A stretch of 64,000 nt of DNA from Myxococcota bacterium (GTDB lineage: Bacteria; Myxococcota_A; UBA9160; SZUA-336). Where the stretch lies: contig CBDFGR010000001.1 in the NCBI GenBank assembly GCA_965247115.1, positions 32,001-96,000 on the forward strand, read 5' to 3'. A program made the translations under genes and the position numbers. The notes beneath the pieces are model-generated. The model searched no databases. It worked only from the letters and a program-made list of their open reading frames with translations, and was not told the DNA's origin. This document shows, piece after piece, positions 1 to 7,165 of the stretch (within the stretch, counting starts at the first letter, position 1; each line of letters opens with the position of its first letter).

Positions 1-2
1 GA

Positions 3-248
3 ATCCTCCTCACCATCTACTTCACGCTGGTCCGAAATGTGGCGAGTGAGGAGCACGTGGAGAAGGCCGTGGCGCCGGTGGCGGAACGGTCCGCATCGAA
101 TAGCGACCGGATCGGTGCTGCCGAGCGCGACCTATCGGGCGTCCAGCAGCAGCTACGGGACGTGGAGCGACGTCTCGGCAGCCTCGAAGGGAAGGTGGAC
201 GACATCCCCGAGAAGGTCGTCCGTGCGATCCGAGGGGGGACACCATGA
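3..248 (+). CDS. Membrane protein with coiled-coil C-terminus, holin/XhlA-like (5' truncated by window edge)
   Basis: Frame open from base 3: hydrophobic ILLTIYFTLV, then heptad-like DLSGVQQQLRDVERRLGSLEGKVD; ATGA overlap with next gene; lysis context. Confidence 0.45.
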   Translation: MLLTIYFTLVRNVASEEHVEKAVAPVAERSASNSDRIGAAERDLSGVQQQLRDVERRLGSLEGKVDDIPEKVVRAIRGGTP

Positions 249-529
249 AACAAGCTCTCATCCTTGCGCTGCTGCTCCTGCCGTCCTGCGCGATGCAGAT
301 CGGGCCAGGAGAGCACGGCTGGGTGATGTGGGATATCTGCGGCTTTGAAGGCGGCGCCGAGGCCGAGCTCGAGGTCATGGGCAACGCCCTGCGGGTCGGA
401 TGCAGCGACAGCGACAAACCCGCTGCCGTAGCGGACGAGGTCCCGCGGGTCGGATGCAGCGGCAGCGACAAACCCGCTGCCGTAACGGACGAGGTCCCGA
501 TCACGGGCCGCGTCACGGTCGATGAGTGA
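245..529 (+). CDS. Small phage lipoprotein
   Basis: MKQALILALLLLPSC signal peptide with lipobox-like Cys. Confidence 0.6.
   Translation: MKQALILALLLLPSCAMQIGPGEHGWVMWDICGFEGGAEAELEVMGNALRVGCSDSDKPAAVADEVPRVGCSGSDKPAAVTDEVPITGRVTVDE
391..498 (+). repeat. 2 x 54-bp in-frame tandem repeat (RVGCS[D/G]SDKPAAV[A/T]DEVP)
   Basis: 391-444 and 445-498 differ at 2 positions. Confidence 0.95.
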
Positions 530-547
530 GCGGGGGGTGAGAGGGGA

Positions 548-955
548 ATGGGGCTTCTAGACGGCCGACTGCAGCGGCCGATCCCGAAGGAGGCGAAGCG
601 GACGCTTGCAGAGATCCCGGAGCACTTCCAGGACGACGGCTGCTCGAGCTCGCCGGACGACCTCTTCGGCTTCGACTTCCGCTGGGCCTGCCGGATCCAC
701 GACTGGAGGTACTGCACCCGCTGTCACCCGGCCGGCTCGATGACGTGGCAGCGCAAGAACGACGCCGATGGGGAGCTCAAGGAGAACATCCGCACATCGC
801 TCCCGTGGCGCTGGCGCTGGGTCCGGTTCCTCTACCACCGCGCGGTCTTCGTGGGCGGGAACTTCGGTGCTTACGACACCTGCGGCCCGGAAGCGGGCCT
901 GCGCTGCCGGCACAACAAGAGGAAGCCGGACTGGATGCGTTCGCTGGCGCCATGA
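548..955 (+). CDS. Prokaryotic phospholipase A2-like / DUF1353-like protein
   Basis: DGCS...ACRIHDWRY...RKNDAD motifs (C-x-x-HD-x-x-Y). Confidence 0.6.
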   Translation: MGLLDGRLQRPIPKEAKRTLAEIPEHFQDDGCSSSPDDLFGFDFRWACRIHDWRYCTRCHPAGSMTWQRKNDADGELKENIRTSLPWRWRWVRFLYHRAVFVGGNFGAYDTCGPEAGLRCRHNKRKPDWMRSLAP

Positions 956-1323
956 GCCTGCCTCTCTCGGAGCCGCACCAGATCGACTGGGTCGATGTAG
1001 GCGAGTTCGTCCTCTGGTGCTGGCAGCTCTGCTGCTGGTACGGCGGATCGGTGACGGGGGGCTGCCGCACCGAGAGGCGGAACGCGCTTGTGGGCGGCCA
1101 CGAGAAGAGCAAGCACCAGTTCGGGTCCGGGTGGGGGGAGGCGATCGATATCGTCTTCGATACGCCTCTGGGCCGCGAGATGGCGATTCTGCGGACGCAG
1201 CGCGAGCGGCCTGAGTACCACACCTACGTCGGCGAGCACTACGAGCCGACGCGGCTCCACGTTCAGGGCTGGAAGTACGGGGAGACGCCGCACAGCCGCG
1301 CGCTCTTGCTCGAACTTTCCTGA
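952..1323 (+). CDS. Peptidase M15A (Zn D-Ala-D-Ala peptidase-like) endolysin
   Basis: TGGCRTERRNALVGGHEKSKH...GEAIDI...LHV motif set; ATG 952 overlaps upstream stop (ATGA). Confidence 0.75.
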   Translation: MSLPLSEPHQIDWVDVGEFVLWCWQLCCWYGGSVTGGCRTERRNALVGGHEKSKHQFGSGWGEAIDIVFDTPLGREMAILRTQRERPEYHTYVGEHYEPTRLHVQGWKYGETPHSRALLLELS

Positions 1324-1334
1324 AGGGACATAAT
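1306..1334 (+). promoter_or_regulatory. Putative sigma70 promoter for DUF2946-TBDR unit
   Basis: TTGCTC-N17-CATAAT, 23 nt before GTG 1358. Confidence 0.45.
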
Positions 1335-1357
1335 CCGCGCTTGCGTCGGGCGAGGGT

Positions 1358-1726
1358 GTGCGGGTGAACTCAGCGCTGAGGGTCCGGGAAAGCTTCCGGC
1401 GATGTTCGCTGGTTCTCGCCCTGCTCCTGGCGCAGAGCGGCTCGCTAGCCCAGGTCCACGCAGCGAGTCACGCGGAGCCCCCAGCCCTCGGGGCCGTCGC
1501 TCCGGGCGAGTTGCCGGGCAACCCACCCGTCGGTCACAACGAGCAGAGCTGCTCGGACTGTCTGGCGGGCTCGAAACTCGCCTCCGCCGCCCTCACCAGT
1601 TCGGCGAGCCTTGGGCAGCCGTGCGCGGGCGGCGCACCGATCGCCGCCGACCCATGGGCGACCCCCGAAGCCGCCCCGGATTTAATCCGGCGGCCCCGAG
1701 CTCCTCCGGCGAAGCGCCTGGCCTGA
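1358..1726 (+). CDS. DUF2946/CruR-like leader protein with CxxC and C-terminal RAPP motif
   Basis: Signal-like N-terminus, HNEQSCSDC, C-terminal PRAPP, directly upstream of a TonB-dependent receptor. Confidence 0.75.
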   Translation: MRVNSALRVRESFRRCSLVLALLLAQSGSLAQVHAASHAEPPALGAVAPGELPGNPPVGHNEQSCSDCLAGSKLASAALTSSASLGQPCAGGAPIAADPWATPEAAPDLIRRPRAPPAKRLA

Positions 1727-1845
1727 TCCGGCGGCGCCCCGCGCGCCGTACCGATCTCGCCCCGACCCGCCCCGAGGGGACCCGTGCGCGCGGTGTGCAC
1801 CGGTTCCGCCGGGGCCAGCGCCAAGGCCCGAGGAGCTTGGAACGA

Positions 1846-4050
1846 ATGAGAGTCAAGAGCCGACGCAATCCGTTTATCGCCCCGCTGCGCGCAATCGCCG
1901 CCCTGGGCGTCCTGTGCTGCACGGTCGCGCCGTTACCCGCGTGGGGCCAGGAACCGACGCCCGCCGCCGGAACGCCACCCACCTCGACCCACGGCTCGCA
2001 CGAGCCAATCGAAGAGATCGTCGTGACCGCTTCGCCGCTGGGTCGCGACGAAGCCAGCACGACCACGGCGATCAACGTGATCAGCCGGAATCATCTTCTG
2101 ACGCACGGCGGCTCCACGCTGGGCGAGGCCCTGGCTTCCGAGCCCGGAATTTCCACTTCGGGCTTCTCCGCGGGGTCAAGCCGGCCAGTGATTCGGGGAC
2201 AGTCCGGCATCCGCATCAAGACGACCGAGAACGGCCTGGGCACGGCCGACCTGGCCGCCATCAGCCCCGACCACGGGGTGCCGGTCAACCTGCTCATGGC
2301 CCAACGGATTGAGGTGCTGCGCGGCCCTTCGACGCTGCGATACGGCGGCACGGCGATCGGCGGTGTGGTGAATGTCCTGATCGACCGGGTGCCGAGCCGG
2401 GTCCCCCCAGGCGCTCTGAGCGGGGAGATCCTGGGCGCCTGGGGCAGCGCCGCGGAGCGCCGGGACGGGGCGTTCCTGCTCGACGGGGCGCTGGGCCGGC
2501 TGGGCTTGCACATCGACGGCGCGAAATGGCGTTCCGAAGACTACGAAGCCCCAGGTGCGAAGGTGCGCAACTCCCAGACCGACGGCTCCGCGTTTTCCGG
2601 CGGCCTGGCCTGGCTGGGCGATGGTTTCCGCCTGGGAGTTGCACGCTCGAGTTTCGAGAACGAGTACGGCGTCCCGGCGGGCGAGCACGTCATCGACCTG
2701 AGCAAGGACGTCTGGCACCTGGAAGCCGACTGGCTGGAGCCGGTTCCGGGCCTGTCTCGGATTGAACTGCGGGGGGCGTTCTCCGACTACGAGCACAGTG
2801 AGTTCGAAGGGGACCTCCAGGAGTCGGATTTCGATTCCGACGTATCCGAGCTGCGCATGGAAGTCCTGCACGAACCCCTGCTGGAGTCGGGGTCGCTGCG
2901 CGGGGCGCTGGGAGCGCACTACATTCGACGCAAGTTCGAAGTCACCAGCGAAGCCGATCCCTTCCTGGAGCCCAGCCGCACCGATACGTGGGCCCTGTAC
3001 GCGGTCGAGGAATGGCTGTTGTCCGATCGACTGACCGCGGAACTGTCGGCCCGCCTGGAGCGCGTCGAGATCGAAGGCTCGCTGCCGGGGGTGGCGCGAT
3101 GCGACCAGCGCTTCAACCCCTTCAGCGCCTCGTTCGGGCTGGTGTATCGCCCCGCCGACGGGGTTTCGCTCGCGCTGCGGGCCTCCTCCACGGAGCGCGC
3201 CCCCGACGCGACTGAGCTGTATTACCGGGGTGAGCATCACGCCACGGGAACCTACGAGATCGGCGACCCCGACCTGGACCTCGAACGGGCGGACGCGGCC
3301 GAACTCACGCTTCGCGTCCGGCGCGGGCGGTTCTCGCTCACGACCGGTCTCTTCTACACGAACTACAAGGACTACATCGACCTGACGGCCACGGGCCGGA
3401 TGATCGCCGACAAGCACGGCCACGACCACGGAGAAGAAGAGGAGCACGACGACGAGGACCATGACGAGGACGAGGATCATGGGGACGAAGACCATGACGA
3501 GGACGGGGATCACGACGAAGAAGACCACGAAGAAGGCGAGGAACACGACGATCACGAAGAAGAGGGAGACGGGCACGACGAGGGCGGGCTGATCGAGGCC
3601 GAGTTCCTGCAGCAGGACGCGGTCTTCTACGGCGGCGAACTCTGGCTCGACTACAATCTCTTTGAGTGGGCCGGGATCGAGTTCGGACTGGACGCGCAGT
3701 TCGACGCGGTGCGCGGCCGCCTGGACAGGGGAAACGTCCCGCGCCAGCCGCCCTTCCGCTACGGAGCGGGGCTTCACTTCCGCGGCGAACGCTTCGACGG
3801 GCGCGTCGGCTTCCTGCGCCACGCCCGCCAGAAGCGCACCGGCGCGCTCGAGACGTCGACCGACGCCTACACACTGTTGGAAGCTTCCCTCGCCGTGCGG
3901 CTGATCTCAGCGGGGAACCGCTTGCTGGAACTGGATCTGAGCGGACGCAATCTGCTCGACGAGCGCGCCCGAAACCACCTGAATTTCCGCAAGGACCTGT
4001 TCCTGCTGCCCGGGCGGTCGATCCGGGTTTTGCTGCGCGGGCGCTTTTGA
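1846..4050 (+). CDS. TonB-dependent metal receptor, ZnuD-like, with His/Asp/Glu-rich loop
   Basis: RBS AGGAG at 1831; signal peptide, EEIVVTASPL TonB box, RPVIRG plug, RIEVLRGPSTLRYG, C-terminal PGRSIRVLLRGRF; 12-His acidic insert at 3415-3582. Confidence 0.9.
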   Translation: MRVKSRRNPFIAPLRAIAALGVLCCTVAPLPAWGQEPTPAAGTPPTSTHGSHEPIEEIVVTASPLGRDEASTTTAINVISRNHLLTHGGSTLGEALASEPGISTSGFSAGSSRPVIRGQSGIRIKTTENGLGTADLAAISPDHGVPVNLLMAQRIEVLRGPSTLRYGGTAIGGVVNVLIDRVPSRVPPGALSGEILGAWGSAAERRDGAFLLDGALGRLGLHIDGAKWRSEDYEAPGAKVRNSQTDGSAFSGGLAWLGDGFRLGVARSSFENEYGVPAGEHVIDLSKDVWHLEADWLEPVPGLSRIELRGAFSDYEHSEFEGDLQESDFDSDVSELRMEVLHEPLLESGSLRGALGAHYIRRKFEVTSEADPFLEPSRTDTWALYAVEEWLLSDRLTAELSARLERVEIEGSLPGVARCDQRFNPFSASFGLVYRPADGVSLALRASSTERAPDATELYYRGEHHATGTYEIGDPDLDLERADAAELTLRVRRGRFSLTTGLFYTNYKDYIDLTATGRMIADKHGHDHGEEEEHDDEDHDEDEDHGDEDHDEDGDHDEEDHEEGEEHDDHEEEGDGHDEGGLIEAEFLQQDAVFYGGELWLDYNLFEWAGIEFGLDAQFDAVRGRLDRGNVPRQPPFRYGAGLHFRGERFDGRVGFLRHARQKRTGALETSTDAYTLLEASLAVRLISAGNRLLELDLSGRNLLDERARNHLNFRKDLFLLPGRSIRVLLRGRF

Positions 4051-4217
4051 ACCCGGCCGGATTGGACAAGCCGCCGCGGCACCGCCGATAATCGGGTGCC
4101 TCGGCGGCCTCGGCGCGTCCCGCGCCGCTCGGACGCTACGGCGAGCCGGGGAGAGAGGGCCTGACTGGCACCACCACGATTTTCACTCAGGTCGCCGCGG
4201 GAACGGCCGCGGTTTAC

Positions 4218-4928
4218 ATGGCGCTGCTGCTCGTCGGTTGCACCTATCGGGTTCCGCTTCCGGTGATTCGGGAGGGTGAGCCCAGGAACATCGAGTACCG
4301 ACAGCTCGAGGTAGACGACTTCTGGGGCACTCCTTGGGGGGACTGCTTGGCGTTCACGTCCACGCACCTGAAATTTCGGCCAACGGAGCCCCCGATGGCT
4401 TACGAGCACAACGCCGATGGTGGCGTGACCGCAAGGATTGACGACGGGTTCGAGGTATACGCGATCATGGATCGAGCCATGTCTTTTTGGCACGTCCTAA
4501 AGGTCATTAGAGCAGAGCGAGAACAGCCAGAATATCGACGAGGCAGAAGAGCCGTTCCGACAGGAGAGAAAGGGGCTGGGAAGCTCTCCGTGCTCGAGCA
4601 TGAGCAGGGACACTTCGCTCTAACCGAGATCGCGGCCAGGCTGCTCACGAAGAACATGATGGTGCTTCAGGGCTCCGGTGCAACGGAGACGGAAGCCTCG
4701 GACGCATTGTGGAAGGAGAGCAATCGCGAATACGCGAAGGTCAGGGAAGGACTGAGTTCCGGCCACGAGAAGTACGACCTCGAATCGAACATATGGAATT
4801 GGATCCCTGACAACCAGTGGGAGTGGAGCCCTCACAACCAGAGGGAGTGGAGCCCTCACAACCAGAGCGTCTGGACGGAGTACTTCGATAAGAGACTGCG
4901 CATGACGGACGGCAATGGAGTGCGCTGA
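4218..4928 (+). CDS. DUF922-like putative Zn-dependent protease, lipoprotein
   Basis: LLVGC lipobox; LEHEQGHFALTEIAAR (HExxH plus E). Confidence 0.6.
   Translation: MALLLVGCTYRVPLPVIREGEPRNIEYRQLEVDDFWGTPWGDCLAFTSTHLKFRPTEPPMAYEHNADGGVTARIDDGFEVYAIMDRAMSFWHVLKVIRAEREQPEYRRGRRAVPTGEKGAGKLSVLEHEQGHFALTEIAARLLTKNMMVLQGSGATETEASDALWKESNREYAKVREGLSSGHEKYDLESNIWNWIPDNQWEWSPHNQREWSPHNQSVWTEYFDKRLRMTDGNGVR
4811..4867 (+). repeat. ~2.4 x 24-bp tandem repeat (NQ[W/R]EWSPH)
   Basis: CAACCAG[T/A]GGGAGTGGAGCCCTCA repeated. Confidence 0.9.
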
Positions 4929-4991
4929 AGCCCACCCCCGGGCCTGCGTACTATGAACAAACTTTCCTCGCGTTCACAGGTCATAGATCGC

Positions 4992-5180
4992 TCAGAAGAA
5001 AGCTTTCACGACTGTCGCCGCAATCGCCGCTGCGACCGCGATGCCGCTCAGAACTCCGCCCAATATCCAGACCTTCAAATTGCTGATGTCGGTCTTGGTT
5101 GCGATGTTCTTATCCCTATTTTCCTGGATGGCGACCACTCGCTCATCTATCCGAGCAAGTTGCACCTCAAGTGCTCTCAC
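4992..5180 (-). CDS. Small coiled-coil + C-terminal TM protein (DUF1640/Bdr-like)
   Basis: VRALEVQLARIDERV...ATKTDISNLKVWILGGVLSGIAVAAAIAA; GTG start overlaps upstream TGA. Confidence 0.55.
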   Translation of the reverse strand: MRALEVQLARIDERVVAIQENRDKNIATKTDISNLKVWILGGVLSGIAVAAAIAATVVKAFF

Positions 5181-5272
5181 TTGGAAGCGCCTACTCGGGC
5201 TACACGACCCGGGTACTGGCCGATGAACGCACACGCCTCTCTGTAGGTGACTGGCTGCAATTCGAGGCTCAC
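5177..5272 (-). pseudogene. 31-codon remnant, N-terminus resembling XF1762-family phage protein
   Basis: GTG-SLELQPVTYREACAFIGQY then divergent to TGA; starts 17 nt after repeat copy at 5290. Confidence 0.35.
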
Positions 5273-5323
5273 TCCGACGATTCTTCGCCGACGGGATGGA
5301 TGCCCGACGCACTCGGCCACTCT

Positions 5324-5632
5324 TCAGCCTGCTCCGATTTTTCGACCGATCTGCGTCGGAGATGCTCCCATCGCAAGGAGCGCACGCACGAGCAGATCAA
5401 TCGTTGCTTCTCCCTTCTCCAGTTTCGCTACACGTGGCTGGCTCGATCCCATTCGAGCTGCAAGCTGCGTCTGGCTCACTCGTCCTTTGGCTCTCTTCTC
5501 CTTCACTGCCTTTGCGAGGGCGACCTTCATCTCGATGAATGCCATCTCGCTGTCCGAGAGATCCAGGAGTTCCTGAACCGTCCCGATCTGCCAGCCGTCG
5601 GCCTCAAGGGCCTCCAGTTCCTTCTTCTTCAT
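5324..5632 (-). CDS. XRE-family HTH antitoxin (HigA-like)
   Basis: VSQTQLAARMGSSQPRVAKLEKG HTH; downstream of RelE-like toxin. Confidence 0.85.
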   Translation of the reverse strand: MKKKELEALEADGWQIGTVQELLDLSDSEMAFIEMKVALAKAVKEKRAKGRVSQTQLAARMGSSQPRVAKLEKGEATIDLLVRALLAMGASPTQIGRKIGAG

Positions 5633-5716
5633 GGGTGAGCTTCTTCCTGAGTTGGGGGGGCTGGACCTGGATCCGTTGGGGGGGACCTTCAGTCCATCGC
5701 GGGTCTCAGTCGAGAC

Positions 5717-6073
5717 CTACCGTGTGCTGCCTCTCCTCTTTGCTTCGTCATAGCGCGCGAGGCGCTGTTTGGTTGTTTCGATGACGCCCTTGGGGGTCCG
5801 CTTCGTATCCTTGTCGAACCACTGGATCACCACGATCCGGTCGGCGTCGATTCGGTAGAGAATTCGCCATGTCGCCTTCGCCTTTTCGTCCTTGATTCGA
5901 AGCTCATGCACCCTCCGCCCGATCGCGGGCATCGGCCGAGAGTGGGGCATCGAGAGCGACTCGCCTTGCTGCAGTTGCCGGAGCAGGAACCCTGCCCATA
6001 GGCGAGCTTCCTGACTCATCGGCGGTGTGTGCCATTCTGCGGCGAGCCAAGCAATCGGCTTGTCCTCTGCCAT
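5717..6073 (-). CDS. RelE/ParE-superfamily toxin (Gp49/DUF891, HigB-like)
   Basis: LSMPHSRPMPAIGRRVHELRI...WRILYRID...FDKDTKRTP pattern. Confidence 0.85.
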   Translation of the reverse strand: MAEDKPIAWLAAEWHTPPMSQEARLWAGFLLRQLQQGESLSMPHSRPMPAIGRRVHELRIKDEKAKATWRILYRIDADRIVVIQWFDKDTKRTPKGVIETTKQRLARYDEAKRRGSTR

Positions 6074-6082
6074 ATGCCGAGA

Positions 6083-6110
6083 ATGATATACCTATTTCGG
6101 TATATGTCAA
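6083..6110 (-). promoter_or_regulatory. TA promoter with operator palindrome
   Basis: Minus strand TTGACA-N16-TATCAT; inverted repeat ATATACC-N6-GGTATAT (6086-6105) fills the spacer; ATG about 10 nt after -10. Confidence 0.75.
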
Positions 6111-6208
6111 GGGGTTGGCTGCCCGTCATTACTTCTGTTTGGGAATTATCCCTGAAACTTTCCACGCCCGAGCCGCCAGCGCTTCGTCTCCGACGGTTTG
6201 CGAGGTCA

Positions 6209-7165
6209 CTACGGTCCGATCAGCAAGGCTGTGGTGTTTACGTTGAAGCGATGTGTTTCGAGTTCACCTTCAAGACGGTATTTGGCAAGTTCAAGGTAAG
6301 CTGGCTCAATCTCGATTCCTATGGAATTCCGGCCCATGTGCATCGCAGCGATCAGGGTTGAACAGGTCCCGACAAATGGGTCTAGTACAGTATCCCCAGC
6401 GAACGAAAACATGCGGATCAGGCGCTCAGCAACTTCCGTGGGATAGGGCGCCGGGTGTCCGTTCCGCGTCGAAGCCCCTTTAATGTCCGTCCACGCCGAC
6501 TTGAACCAGCTCCGAACCTCCGCTTTGGTCAGCATCGAGAGTGCCTGTTGCTCGGCGGACGGCGAGCGGTAACCTGCTCCCTTCCTGAAGAACAGAATGT
6601 ATTCCACATCATTCTTAATCACGCCGCCGGGCTGGTAGGGCTTTCCGTAGTAGCGCGCCCCGTTGCCGCTCGCCTCTTGGAGGCCGTTAGAGATCTTGTG
6701 CCAGAAGATCGGCGTAAGACAGTCCAGACCCAGCGCGCGGGATCGGACCTGAATATCCGCATGTAACGGCACGACGTAGTGTTTCCCGTTCTTTTTCCTC
6801 GACATACACACGTCGCCGACCACGCAGCAGATCCTCCCACCTGGCACCAACACGCGCTCACACTCGCGCCATACGCGATCTAGAGACACCAGAAACTGCT
6901 CGTAATCTTCTATATCGCCAAGCTGGTCTTTGGCAGCGGGATGCTTTTTCAACGTCCAGTATGGCGGGGATGTGACAATCAGATGTATGGAGCCCGCTTC
7001 TATCTGATCCAGCTTTCTCGCGTCGCCCAGGTGGAGCGTGTGTGTCGTCTTATCGAACGGCTCCGGCCACTGGCTATCCCGATGTCTCTGGTTGGCCTCA
7101 AGCAGATTTTCGAGGCTTCCAGATTTCTCCCGAACCGGGTCATAGACATTGAGCGGCTCGTTCAT
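6209..7165 (-). CDS. Site-specific DNA methyltransferase (N4-C/N6-A, beta class)
   Basis: IVTSPPY catalytic motif before HPAPYP and VLDPFVGT AdoMet motif. Confidence 0.9.
   Translation of the reverse strand: MNEPLNVYDPVREKSGSLENLLEANQRHRDSQWPEPFDKTTHTLHLGDARKLDQIEAGSIHLIVTSPPYWTLKKHPAAKDQLGDIEDYEQFLVSLDRVWRECERVLVPGGRICCVVGDVCMSRKKNGKHYVVPLHADIQVRSRALGLDCLTPIFWHKISNGLQEASGNGARYYGKPYQPGGVIKNDVEYILFFRKGAGYRSPSAEQQALSMLTKAEVRSWFKSAWTDIKGASTRNGHPAPYPTEVAERLIRMFSFAGDTVLDPFVGTCSTLIAAMHMGRNSIGIEIEPAYLELAKYRLEGELETHRFNVNTTALLIGP

Noticed and set aside
1513..1531. Possible ninth, inverted copy of the 19-bp site (GCCGGG-CAACCCA-CCCGTC)
   Set aside because: Three mismatches including invariant spacer positions; lies mid-gene in GC-rich DNA; likely chance
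1402..1845. 148-codon N-terminal extension of the TonB receptor ORF
   Set aside because: Arg/Pro-rich shadow overlapping the DUF2946 gene; RBS and signal peptide support ATG 1846
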